Source: Acidimicrobiales bacterium (lineage in GTDB: Bacteria > Actinomycetota > Acidimicrobiia > Acidimicrobiales > SZUA-35). From it: a stretch of DNA of 64,000 bases. The DNA lies in assembly GCA_965216675.1 (NCBI GenBank), contig CBDCGK010000004.1, positions 1,061,516 through 1,125,515 of the forward strand, read 5' to 3'. Both the position numbers and the translations under genes were made by a program. Below, piece after piece: positions 1 through 8,647 of this stretch (position 1 is the first letter of the stretch; each line of letters opens with the position of its first letter). Below the pieces are notes generated by a model. The model was not told where the DNA came from. It searched no databases and saw nothing but the letters and a program-made list of their open reading frames with translations.

Positions 1-16
1 AGTGGAGCGGTCAGCG

Positions 17-685
17 TCAGCCCGACAACCGTTGAGCCAGATAGCTGTCGACGCGGCGGAACGACAGTATCCGACCGGCGGCGACCGCCAAACCCTCCCG
101 CACGATTCGACCGACGGCCGGAGACTGCTCGGTCGGATACACCGTCGCCTCCAGACCGACCTCTTCGGCCACCAGCTGCGATCGCCGGGCATGATAGGGA
201 TCGGTGACGAGAATGACCTCGTCGATACCGTCACGGAGCAGGAAGCGGGACGCGGCGGCCAGCGACTCGTAGGTCGACGAGCCCTGGACTTCGAGCCGTA
301 GCTCCTCGTCGGGCATGCCGTGCACCTCGCGGAGGTAGTCGTAGCCCGACTTGGCCTCGGTGGTCACGTCGGCCTCCTGTCCCCCACCGGTCACCACCAC
401 CAGGTCGACCCGGTCATCGGCCCACAGCTCGTACGCGGTGTCGAGGCGGGCGGCCAGCACGGCCGAGGGTTCCCCGTTGTATTGCGCGGCACCGAGCACG
501 ATGGCGGCGGGAGCCGACCTGTCGGTTTGGCGGGTGGACGCCCAGGCGACGTCCGCAACGCTGAAGATCAGGTACGCAAGGCTGAGGCCGATGGCGAGTC
601 GGACCAGCCGGCGAGCGGACGGCCCGCGACGTGGTCGTCCGGCGGTTGTGCGGCCTCCGGCCCCGACGTCAGTCGAGTCGGCCAC
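17..685 (-). CDS. YdcF/DUF218 (ElyC/SanA-like) family protein
   Basis: N-terminal TM helix; motifs IVLGAA, VVTGG, E..STYE, LVTDPYHARR. GTG start at 685 chosen because it overlaps the gltX stop. Confidence 0.85.
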   Translation of the reverse strand: MADSTDVGAGGRTTAGRPRRGPSARRLVRLAIGLSLAYLIFSVADVAWASTRQTDRSAPAAIVLGAAQYNGEPSAVLAARLDTAYELWADDRVDLVVVTGGGQEADVTTEAKSGYDYLREVHGMPDEELRLEVQGSSTYESLAAASRFLLRDGIDEVILVTDPYHARRSQLVAEEVGLEATVYPTEQSPAVGRIVREGLAVAAGRILSFRRVDSYLAQRLSG

Positions 686-2033
686 GAGCCTTCCGTATCC
701 GTTCCAGGACGACACTCCGATCGAGTTCCGCCATGGGTTCGAACAAGGGCAGGCCGGATCGACGACCGGTGACGGCCATGCGCACGGGTAGCTGCGACTT
801 GGTGCCGAGCACCTCACCCGCCCCGAGCACGGCATCGGTCAAGGCCTCGGGCTCCCATTCCGCATCCTCGAGGCGCTCCAACACGAGGTCGAGCACTTTC
901 GGAACGTCATCGCGCCCCATCACCTTCCGCCAGTCCTTGTCCTCCGGCTCGGGCGGTTCACCGATCACCCAATCGATGAGCGCCGGTATCTCGTCGTATC
1001 GGCGGATGCGCTCCTGGACCAACGGGGCGAGGCGGCGGTAGAGCTCATCGTCGACCGCACCGGCGAACGGCCGCGACCCTTCGATGAAGCTGTCGAGATC
1101 GAGCATGCGGATGTACTCGCCGTTGAAGTGATCGAGTTTCTTGACGTCGAAGAACGCTGGCGCCTTGTTGATGTCGGCGAGATCGAACCGCTCGATGATC
1201 TCCGAAATCGGCCGGATCTCGATGTCGTCCTTCGCCCCCCAACCAAGGGTGACCAGGTAGTTGCGCATGGCTTCGGCGAGGTAGCCCCGGTCGGTGTAGT
1301 CGCCGACCGACACGTCGTCGCGGCGTTTGGACAGCTTCTTGCGCTGCTCGTTGACGATCAGCGGCAGGTGGGCGTAGCGCGGCGGCTCGGGCGCCCCCAG
1401 TGCCTCCAGCAACAACAGCACCCGGGGCACGGTGTTGACCAGATCCTCGCCCCGGACGACGTGGGTGATACCCATGTCCAAGTCGTCGTAGGCGTTGGCC
1501 ACGTGGAACATCGGCACGCCGCTCGACCGCACGATCACGAAGTCCTCCAGCGTCGAGTTCTCGAACTCGACGCGCCCCCGGATCAGGTCGTCCCAGCCGG
1601 TGGTCCCTTCGTCGGGGGTCCGGAATCGCACCACCACGCTTCCCGAGCCGTCGGTCGGCTTGGACACGTTGCGGTCGCGGCAGTGACCGTCGTAGCCGGC
1701 GTTCTCACCGACCCGGGCCCGCACCTCCTCCTGACTGCAGTCGCAGTAGTAGGCCTGGCCTCGCTCCAGTAACCCGTCGATGGCCTCCAGATACCGGTCG
1801 AAACGGTCCGATTGCCGGTACTCCTCGTCCCAGTCCAGCCCGAGCCAGCGGAGGCTGTCGCGAATGGCCTCGATCATCTCGGGGCGCGACCGATCGTCGT
1901 CGGTGTCCTCGATCCGAAGGATGAAGGTGCCGCCGGTCCGTCGGGCATACAGCCAGTTGAACAGCGCCGACCGGGCGCTACCGACGTGGAGAAAGCCCGT
2001 CGGGGCCGGGGAGAACCGGACGCGGACCGTCAC
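669..2033 (-). CDS. gltX: glutamate--tRNA ligase
   Basis: VRVRFSPAPTGFLHVG (HIGH-like), LRIEDTD, ITHVVRGEDL, KKLSKR (KMSKS-like). GTG start overlaps upstream stop (GTGA). Confidence 0.96.
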   Translation of the reverse strand: MTVRVRFSPAPTGFLHVGSARSALFNWLYARRTGGTFILRIEDTDDDRSRPEMIEAIRDSLRWLGLDWDEEYRQSDRFDRYLEAIDGLLERGQAYYCDCSQEEVRARVGENAGYDGHCRDRNVSKPTDGSGSVVVRFRTPDEGTTGWDDLIRGRVEFENSTLEDFVIVRSSGVPMFHVANAYDDLDMGITHVVRGEDLVNTVPRVLLLLEALGAPEPPRYAHLPLIVNEQRKKLSKRRDDVSVGDYTDRGYLAEAMRNYLVTLGWGAKDDIEIRPISEIIERFDLADINKAPAFFDVKKLDHFNGEYIRMLDLDSFIEGSRPFAGAVDDELYRRLAPLVQERIRRYDEIPALIDWVIGEPPEPEDKDWRKVMGRDDVPKVLDLVLERLEDAEWEPEALTDAVLGAGEVLGTKSQLPVRMAVTGRRSGLPLFEPMAELDRSVVLERIRKARGRLD

Positions 2034-2563
2034 GACGCTTTGCCGGCGGGTTCGAGGAACTGGCGCCAGTCCGAGCGGTAGAGGCGCTCGATCTCGCCGT
2101 GGGGCTTTCGCAGGAGGTCGTCGGGGACGAGATCGACGAGCTCCCGTCGCTCCAGATAGTGATGGTGGCTGGCGATCTCGGCGAAGGCGCCCTGACGCCA
2201 AGTCGCCAGCTCGGACGGCGGATCGGCGTCGAGAAATCCGAAGATGGTGAAGGCGGCGGTGAGATCGTGTACGACGGGGGCCCGGCCGAGGAGGCCGGCC
2301 CGCTTCATGGCGAGGGCGACCGAACCGGCGACGGCGTCGTCCTTCTTGACCGAGCCCAGATGCATCCGGTCCTCCAGATGCCGCACCAGCTTGTAGGCGT
2401 AGCCCTGATCGGGGCCGGTGGTGCCGAGCGCTGCGCCCGTCGGCTGAGCGCCGCTGATCTCTCCCGGGCGATCCGCCTTCCAGCCACCGGGACGGAGCGG
2501 AGGCGACGAGTAGACCCGTGTGCGTCGGGTCGGATCGGTCGGTACAAAGTCAGGTGCAGCCAC
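2030..2563 (-). CDS. hypothetical protein translationally coupled to gltX
   Basis: GC-biased ORF; TAACCT -10 box 7 nt before GTG; stop overlaps gltX start. Confidence 0.75.
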   Translation of the reverse strand: MAAPDFVPTDPTRRTRVYSSPPLRPGGWKADRPGEISGAQPTGAALGTTGPDQGYAYKLVRHLEDRMHLGSVKKDDAVAGSVALAMKRAGLLGRAPVVHDLTAAFTIFGFLDADPPSELATWRQGAFAEIASHHHYLERRELVDLVPDDLLRKPHGEIERLYRSDWRQFLEPAGKAS

Positions 2564-2633
2564 GCTCAACAGGTTACTGTGCACTCCAGGTCGCGGGCAC
2601 TCACCGTTGACCGTTTCACAGGAGTTGCGCCCA

Positions 2634-3140
2634 ATGGAAACCACCGCCGTCATCTACCGCATCATGCTTCTCGGCCACATCGGCGCCGCCATCGTCGCGT
2701 TCGGCACCCTGATCGCCCACGGCACTTTTCACGCTGTTGCGGTACGTTCGCCGGCCGACGGTGCGGCTCCGGTTCTCCGGGCTGCCGACCGTGGGGCGCG
2801 GGCCGCCGACTACGGGCTGTACGCGGTCGTCGCCTTCGGCATCGTGCTCATCGCGCTGAGCGACGACGTCTACCGCTACAGCGAGCCGTGGATCTCCGGC
2901 TCGTTCGTGGTCTGGTTCGGTATCGTCGGGCTGGTCCACGGGCTCATCCGACCCGCCCGATCCCAGCTGTTGACGATGGCGACGACCACCGATTCGGGGT
3001 CGACACCACCCGACGGTGGCGATCTCGCCGACCGGGAAGGGGCACAACCGGTGCTGGCCCGCCTGGCTGCCGGCGAAGCCGCAACACAGCTCCTCCTCGC
3101 CGTTGCCCTGGTGCTCATGATCTGGAAGCCCGGCCACTGA
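2634..3140 (+). CDS. DUF2269-like integral membrane protein
   Basis: Four hydrophobic segments, LLGHIGAAIVAFG, C-terminal LMIWKPG; GGAG RBS. Confidence 0.75.
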   Translation: METTAVIYRIMLLGHIGAAIVAFGTLIAHGTFHAVAVRSPADGAAPVLRAADRGARAADYGLYAVVAFGIVLIALSDDVYRYSEPWISGSFVVWFGIVGLVHGLIRPARSQLLTMATTTDSGSTPPDGGDLADREGAQPVLARLAAGEAATQLLLAVALVLMIWKPGH

Positions 3141-3223
3141 GTAGAAGAACCGCGACCGCCGGACGGACCTCCGATACCGCCGGGACTTGACCGGGTTCGA
3201 CGGCGAACGCTTCACTGTCGGAC

Positions 3224-4702
3224 ATGTCTGACCCGTCGTTCGCCGAACGCATCCGTCTCCTGGCCGCCGACCGGCCGGACTCTCCCGCCATCACGATCGG
3301 CACCGAAACGACGACGTTCGCCGAGCTGGACCGCTGGACCAACCGTTTCGCCCGGCGACTCCGCGATGTCGGCGTCGGCGTCGGTGACTTCGTGACCGTG
3401 GCCGAACCGAACTCGGCGGAATTCCTCGTGTCGACGGTCGCCTGTTGGAAGATCGGTGCGGTACCGCAACCGGTATCGGCCCGGCTACCGGGGCTCGAAC
3501 TCGACCAGATCGTCGAGCTGGCCGATTCGACGGTCGTGGTCGGGGCGGCGGTCGACGGTCGATCGTGTCTCCCATCCCGCGCCGCCGCCGACGAGGTCAC
3601 CGCGGCGTTCGACGACGCCGAACTGCCCGATGCCGTCTCACCGGCATGGAAGGCGCCGACCTCGGGAGGATCGACGGGACGCCCCAAGCTGATCGTCTCG
3701 GGTGACCCGTCGATCTACACCGCCACGTTGGCCGGGCTCGGGACCACCGTGGGCGCCGCCGAAGGCGAGACCATGGTCATGCCCGGCCCGCTCTATCACA
3801 ACGGCCCGTTCATCTGGAGTTGTCTCACCATCCTCGCCGGCGGCCACGTTGCCCTCCTCCCCCGCTTCGATGCGGAGGAGACGCTGCGCCACGTCGAGGC
3901 CCATCAGGCCTCGGCCGTCTACCTCGTCCCCACGATGATGCAGCGAATCTGGAAACTCGATGACGAGACCAAGTTCGCCTACGACCTGACCTCGCTGCGC
4001 GTCGCCTTCCACCTGGCCGAACCGTGCCCGCCCTGGCTCAAGGAGAAGTGGATCGAGTGGATCGGTCCCGATGTGCTGTTCGAACTCTACGGGGGCACCG
4101 AGGGCCAGATGTTCACCGTCATCGACGGGCACGAGTGGCTGGCCCACCATGGTTCGGTCGGCCGACCGCTGACCGGCGAGATCAAGATCTGTGACGACGA
4201 GGGCAACGAGGTCGAAGCCGGCGTCGAGGGTGAGGTGTGGATGCGAAACCCCGTCCGGGACACCCCGACCTACCGCTACATCGGCGACGTGTCCAAACCC
4301 CGCGACGGCTGGGAGACCCTGGGAGACATGGGATGGGTGGACGCGGACGGCTACCTCTACCTCGGTGACCGCCGGTCCGACATGATCCTCGTCGGCGGTG
4401 CCAACGTGTATCCGGCGGAGGTGGAGGCGGCCATCGGCGCCCACCCGGAGGTGCTGTCGTCGGCCGTCATCGGCCTACCCGATGACGACAAGGGCAACCT
4501 CGTCCACGCCATCGTGCAGCGGGTGCCGGGCAGCGACCTGCAGGTCGACGAGCTGCAGCGGTTCCTGGCCGAGCGGCTCGTGACCTACAAGCTGCCCCGC
4601 TCGGTCGAGTGGGTGACCGAGTCGCTACGCGACGACGCCGGGAAGGTCCGACGCTCGGCGCTTCAAACCGAGCGTCTTTCCTTCCCGACGGCCGGCGGAT
4701 GA
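3224..4702 (+). CDS. acyl-CoA synthetase (AMP-binding; bile acid-CoA ligase-like)
   Basis: TSGGSTGRPK P-loop, YGGTEG, TLGDMG, NVYPAEVE, GKV lysine. Confidence 0.92.
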   Translation: MSDPSFAERIRLLAADRPDSPAITIGTETTTFAELDRWTNRFARRLRDVGVGVGDFVTVAEPNSAEFLVSTVACWKIGAVPQPVSARLPGLELDQIVELADSTVVVGAAVDGRSCLPSRAAADEVTAAFDDAELPDAVSPAWKAPTSGGSTGRPKLIVSGDPSIYTATLAGLGTTVGAAEGETMVMPGPLYHNGPFIWSCLTILAGGHVALLPRFDAEETLRHVEAHQASAVYLVPTMMQRIWKLDDETKFAYDLTSLRVAFHLAEPCPPWLKEKWIEWIGPDVLFELYGGTEGQMFTVIDGHEWLAHHGSVGRPLTGEIKICDDEGNEVEAGVEGEVWMRNPVRDTPTYRYIGDVSKPRDGWETLGDMGWVDADGYLYLGDRRSDMILVGGANVYPAEVEAAIGAHPEVLSSAVIGLPDDDKGNLVHAIVQRVPGSDLQVDELQRFLAERLVTYKLPRSVEWVTESLRDDAGKVRRSALQTERLSFPTAGG

Positions 4703-4725
4703 CGCCGACCTCCGACGAAGTGGGT

Positions 4726-5352
4726 TCACTCGGCGGTCGGTGACCAATCGAGCGATCGGCCGACCCAGGTCACGATCCGCTCCAGATTGGACGCTCCGGC
4801 CGGTGCCTCCACCACCGGGCCGAACGGTACGGCGGGGTCCTCGCGCCCGTCGGACGGAATGAACCGGACGGCCTCGGCGGCCACGGCCAAATCGGCATCG
4901 TCGATCTCGACCTCGGTGCCGATGGCTCGGGCCAGGTCCCAGCTGTGGGTGGCGAACTCGGCCGTGTAGGCCGCCATGAGCGCAGCTCCCGGCACCTGTC
5001 CCCACGGAACCTCGTAGTTGTCGTCGAGCTTGGCCGCATCCGACCAGGCGGCGTGGATCGCCTCCGCTTCTGCCGCAAGGGCCTCAGACCACCTGGAACC
5101 GGTCCGATGGTCCGGAGCCTCGGTGAAATGGCCCCCGTTTCCGATGATCGTCACCCGGCGGGCGATGAAGATCATGTGCTCGATGAGGTCCTCGACGGTG
5201 AAGTCGGGACACGGCGTCGGCCGCTCGAGCTGATCGGCCGAGGCGGTCGCATCGTCGACGAGACGGCGGGCGGCTGACAGGGCCGCAGCCAGACCACGGC
5301 GGGGGTCCGTCGGGCCGAGCGTTTCTGAAGTTTGTCCTGAGGTAACTGTCAT
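4726..5352 (-). CDS. TIGR03086 family metal-binding protein (MDMPI/DinB superfamily)
   Basis: PTPCPDFTVEDLIEH, EFATHSWDLARA, FGPVV...GR motifs. Confidence 0.85.
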   Translation of the reverse strand: MTVTSGQTSETLGPTDPRRGLAAALSAARRLVDDATASADQLERPTPCPDFTVEDLIEHMIFIARRVTIIGNGGHFTEAPDHRTGSRWSEALAAEAEAIHAAWSDAAKLDDNYEVPWGQVPGAALMAAYTAEFATHSWDLARAIGTEVEIDDADLAVAAEAVRFIPSDGREDPAVPFGPVVEAPAGASNLERIVTWVGRSLDWSPTAE

Positions 5353-5372
5353 GTCGCCATCGTGACGACCAT

Positions 5373-5395
5373 AAGTGGCCACCTATTGGCCACTT
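5373..5395. promoter_or_regulatory. perfect inverted repeat AAGTGGCCA-N5-TGGCCACTT, probable operator of the WYL regulator
   Basis: 9-bp arms in the 70-bp gap between divergent genes. Confidence 0.7.
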
Positions 5396-5422
5396 TGAAA
5401 AGTTTCCCCTAGGGTTGTCGGC

Positions 5423-6376
5423 ATGCGGGCCGATCGCCTGGTCGCACTCCTGCTGCTCCTGCAGCGAAAAGGCACGGTCACGGCTCGAGACGCGGCCGAC
5501 GAACTGGAGATCTCGGTTCGCACCGCCCGCCGAGACTTCGAGGCGCTGGCCGCCAGCGGTGTGCCCGTCTACTCCCAGCCCGGTCGAGGTGGCGGCTGGC
5601 GGCTCCTGGGCGGCGGCTCGACCGATCTCTCCGGCCTCACGTCGAATGAGGCCAGGGCACTGTTCGTCGCTGCGGGGCGTTCGCTCGACGCCCACCCTCA
5701 CCTTCGAGCTGCCCTGCGAAAGCTGGCTGCGGCGCTGCCCGAACCGTTCCAGGACGACGCCGAGTCGGCGACCGCATCGATCCGGTTCGACGATGCCAGC
5801 TGGAGCGATCCCCAGGGGCCCGAGGCTCCGCCCCTGCTGGAGGTCGTAACCGATGCCGTCATCGAGGGCCGGCGCCTCGATCTCGACTACCGATCACCTC
5901 GCACCGGCTCCTCGTCACGCCAGGTGAGCCCGCTCGGCCTGGTCAGCAAACGCGGGGTCTGGTACCTGTTGGCGCTGACCGACGAAGGGAAACGTACGTT
6001 TCGTGTCGACCGCGTCCTGGACGCCCGGACGATCGACGGTCCGATCGAGCGACCTGACTCGTTCGAGCTCGACCTGGCCTGGGACGAGGTGGTGGCCGAC
6101 GTTCAGGCCCTGCGCTTGAAGACCGTGGCCACGGCACTGATCGAGCCGGAGGTGGTTCGTCCGTTGCAGTGGTACTTCGGCACCGGCATGGAGATCCTCG
6201 ACCGCAGCGACGACGGCCGGCTGAACATTCGTCTCGCCGCCCATGGCGACCTGGTCATGGCGGCCCAGCTCGCCGGCTTCGGTGGGCAGGTGACGCTGCT
6301 GGATTGCCCCGCCGGCGTACTCGACCATCTTCGCCGGATCGGCAGCGAGCTGTCGGCTCGATACCCGGGTGACTGA
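5423..6376 (+). CDS. YafY-family HTH-WYL transcriptional regulator
   Basis: MRADRLVALLLLLQ..ELEISVRTARRD HTH; PLGLV..GVWYL, RTFRVDRV WYL domain. Confidence 0.93.
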   Translation: MRADRLVALLLLLQRKGTVTARDAADELEISVRTARRDFEALAASGVPVYSQPGRGGGWRLLGGGSTDLSGLTSNEARALFVAAGRSLDAHPHLRAALRKLAAALPEPFQDDAESATASIRFDDASWSDPQGPEAPPLLEVVTDAVIEGRRLDLDYRSPRTGSSSRQVSPLGLVSKRGVWYLLALTDEGKRTFRVDRVLDARTIDGPIERPDSFELDLAWDEVVADVQALRLKTVATALIEPEVVRPLQWYFGTGMEILDRSDDGRLNIRLAAHGDLVMAAQLAGFGGQVTLLDCPAGVLDHLRRIGSELSARYPGD

Positions 6377-6402
6377 TGTGCCCACTGTCACGGACTACAA
6401 CG

Positions 6403-6430
6403 TTGACATTTCGCCTTTGCGCACTATACT
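6403..6430 (+). promoter_or_regulatory. near-consensus housekeeping sigma promoter TTGACA-N16-TATACT
   Basis: Direct match in AT-rich intergenic DNA upstream of the 95-aa gene; TTGC-N6-GCAA inverted repeat at 6431-6444. Confidence 0.75.
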
Positions 6431-6531
6431 TTGCATACAAGCAAGAAAACTTTGGGAGCACCGGAACGGCGCCTCCCCACCCCTCAAGCAAGCCCCCTGC
6501 ATTCAGCAGTATCAAACACAGGAGAACCGAA

Positions 6532-6819
6532 ATGATCGGATCCACCCTCATCGACGCCCAGCGCCAGAGCCTCGAAATGGTCACCGAAATCCAGGACCGT
6601 GTGGTCAAGGCCAACAAGGAATTCGCCCAGTCCGTGAACGGCATGGTCGACACCCTTCCCCTCCCCGAACTCAAGGTTCCGGCCGTGGCCGACACCGACT
6701 TCGTGGGCCAGGCCTTCGACATGACCGCCGAGTGGCTCGAGAACACCCGCAAGTTCACCGAGGAGATGGTGGCTGCCTGGATGCCGGAGGCCCCCAAGGC
6801 CAAGGCGTCGAAGAAGTAG
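6532..6819 (+). CDS. small helical protein, putative phasin/lipid-inclusion protein
   Basis: GGAGAA RBS, strong codon bias, amphipathic-helix pattern, basic tail PKAKASKK; near phaC. Product is inferred. Confidence 0.65.
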   Translation: MIGSTLIDAQRQSLEMVTEIQDRVVKANKEFAQSVNGMVDTLPLPELKVPAVADTDFVGQAFDMTAEWLENTRKFTEEMVAAWMPEAPKAKASKK

Positions 6820-6840
6820 GACTCCTTACGGAGCAACCAA

Positions 6841-6879
6841 ACGACGATCGCCGTCGACCCCCCTTCCGACGGCGTCGTT
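6841..6879 (+). terminator. GC-rich hairpin after the phasin-like gene
   Basis: CGCCGTCG(6849-56)/CGACGGCG(6867-74) stem; no clear U-tract. Confidence 0.45.
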
Positions 6880-6946
6880 CCCCGATGCGGTGGCGAGGCC
6901 AAAGCCCGCCACCGCATCGGCTGTTTTCCGCCACTACGATCGAATC

Positions 6947-7315
6947 ATGAGCTCGGACGACGACCTCTGGCAGGCCAACCTCAAACAACTCGGCACCTAC
7001 ATCCGCTCGCAGCGGAAACTGGCCGAGATGTCGCAGCGCGAGTTGGCAGCACTCGTCAACCTGTCCGACACCTACATGAGCCAACTCGAACGCGGGCTCC
7101 ACGAGCCCTCGATCCGGGTACTGCGATCGATCGCCGGCGGCCTCAACATCGGGGTCGACAACCTCCTGCGTTTCATGGGGGCCGACGACGACGAGGCCGA
7201 TTCCGGCGACGAGGGCCAGTCCCTCACCGCGGAAGCGGGGATCCTGGCCGACCCGAACCTCACCGAAACCCAGAAGCGGGCCCTGCTCGAGGTACTGCGA
7301 AACTTCCGCGAGTAG
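6947..7315 (+). CDS. XRE-family HTH regulator, Rv0474/MLDSR-like
   Basis: LGTYIRSQRKLAEMSQRELA..YMSQLERGLHEPS and C-terminal ILADPNLTETQKRALL; leaderless (TACGAT-N6-ATG). Confidence 0.85.
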   Translation: MSSDDDLWQANLKQLGTYIRSQRKLAEMSQRELAALVNLSDTYMSQLERGLHEPSIRVLRSIAGGLNIGVDNLLRFMGADDDEADSGDEGQSLTAEAGILADPNLTETQKRALLEVLRNFRE

Positions 7316-7332
7316 CCTAGCGATCGCCGCCG

Positions 7333-7746
7333 CTAGGGAGCGGGGTCCTCCGGGCCATCGGCGGCCTGGGTGTCGGCGGCCTGGGTGTCGGCTGATGCAG
7401 GAGGCTCGGACGACTCGCCCGACTCGGCCGCCATCTCACCCTTGGTCTTCTTCAGGATGCCACCGACCTCGGCGCCGACGGTGCTGAACGTCTCGTTCAT
7501 GGCGTCGCGAAGCAGTTCGCCGAGATCCTTGAGATCGGAACGAATCGCCGGGTCCTTCGCCGCGTTGCCGAGGCTGTTGACGGCGTCCTGCAACTTCGCC
7601 CCCATCTCCTCGATGGCGGCCTGCGCCTGCCCGGTCGCCTCACCATCGGGGCCGTGCTCGTCGGCCTCCTGCTCGAGGTGGAGCTTCAACTTGAGCCCGA
7701 GACCCTCGACCTTCGTCTTCACCTCTTGCCAACGATCCTGTGACAT
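7333..7746 (-). CDS. hypothetical helical protein
   Basis: GAGGAGAA RBS; amphipathic helices and acidic tail with ADTQA repeat. Confidence 0.7.
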   Translation of the reverse strand: MSQDRWQEVKTKVEGLGLKLKLHLEQEADEHGPDGEATGQAQAAIEEMGAKLQDAVNSLGNAAKDPAIRSDLKDLGELLRDAMNETFSTVGAEVGGILKKTKGEMAAESGESSEPPASADTQAADTQAADGPEDPAP

Positions 7747-7775
7747 GTTCGGTTCTCCTCGTGTTGGGATTGGTT

Positions 7776-8465
7776 TCAAAAGCGATTGCCTGGTCCGGCC
7801 TGGTCACCGCCCGGTACCGCATCAATCATCGCACAAGCCTCCTTGGCCGCCTGCTCGGCCGGGCGGCGAGACACACCCAGGACCGCCAGCATCAACTCGG
7901 CGACCGCCTGACGGGCATCGAGGTTGAGTTCACCGCCGGCGATACGAAGCGCGGCGCCAGAAGCGACGGCCAGGATGGCGTCGACGGCCAGGGCGTCGAC
8001 ACCGACCGGAACCGCGAATCGGCCGGTCTCGATGCCGGCGGCCACGACATCGGCCACTTGAACGTGGAGCAGCTGACGCAACCCCGAGTCGGGCTCGAGG
8101 AGCCGGGCGAAGGCCCGGGCGAAATTCCGGTCCGCCATCGCCCGGTCGAACAGGCCGACACCGGCCAGGGCGATGCGAACGGCCGGGTCGTCGACGGCCT
8201 GCCGGGCTCGACGCATGCCGTCTCCAACCGCCTCGACCATCTCGGCGACCACATCGGCGATGAGCTCGTCCCGGCCGCCGAAGTGATGGTAGATCGTGCC
8301 CGGCACCATGCCGGCTTCAGCGGCAACGGCGCCGATCGTGGCCCCATCGAGACCGCTGGCGGCAACGACGGCGGTGGCCGCGTCGAGTAGGCGCCGCCGT
8401 GTCCGCTGCCGCTTTCCGGGGTACTTCCTGGTGGCGTACCGGGACGCCTCGATCGAGCCGGGCAT
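7776..8465 (-). CDS. TetR/AcrR-family regulator divergent from phaC
   Basis: RTRRRLLDAA..GLDGATIGAVAAEAGMVPGTIYHHFGGRDEL. Confidence 0.9.
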   Translation of the reverse strand: MPGSIEASRYATRKYPGKRQRTRRRLLDAATAVVAASGLDGATIGAVAAEAGMVPGTIYHHFGGRDELIADVVAEMVEAVGDGMRRARQAVDDPAVRIALAGVGLFDRAMADRNFARAFARLLEPDSGLRQLLHVQVADVVAAGIETGRFAVPVGVDALAVDAILAVASGAALRIAGGELNLDARQAVAELMLAVLGVSRRPAEQAAKEACAMIDAVPGGDQAGPGNRF

Positions 8466-8526
8466 GACAGGTTCACCGTAGCGTCAAATCAATCTGTTCT
8501 CAAGATGTAGTTTCATCGTCGGATCG

Positions 8527-8549
8527 AATTTGACAATCAATGTCAAATT
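8527..8549. promoter_or_regulatory. perfect inverted repeat AATTTGACA-N5-TGTCAAATT, probable TetR operator containing a TTGACA box
   Basis: Directly visible in AT-rich tetR/phaC intergenic DNA. Confidence 0.75.
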
Positions 8550-8647
8550 TACTTTAGTGATTCAGCAAGGGGTACGACCCTTCGCCAGGCGCCCGTGATG
8601 GGGCCGCGCACAACTGCGTCATCCAGGCCAAGACGGAGACATCAAGA

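Noticed and set aside
1..16. Possible start of tRNA genes that often follow gltX
   Set aside because: Too little sequence in the window to support it.
5423..6376. WYL protein as a marker of an anti-phage defence island
   Set aside because: YafY-type architecture with no defence genes in the neighbourhood.
6497..6509. CTGC-N5-GCAG as a proteobacterial PhaR site
   Set aside because: Short GC-rich motif expected by chance; no phaR in the window.
7358..7392. 15-bp tandem repeat (ADTQA x2)
   Set aside because: Two copies within a disordered protein tail; not CRISPR-like.
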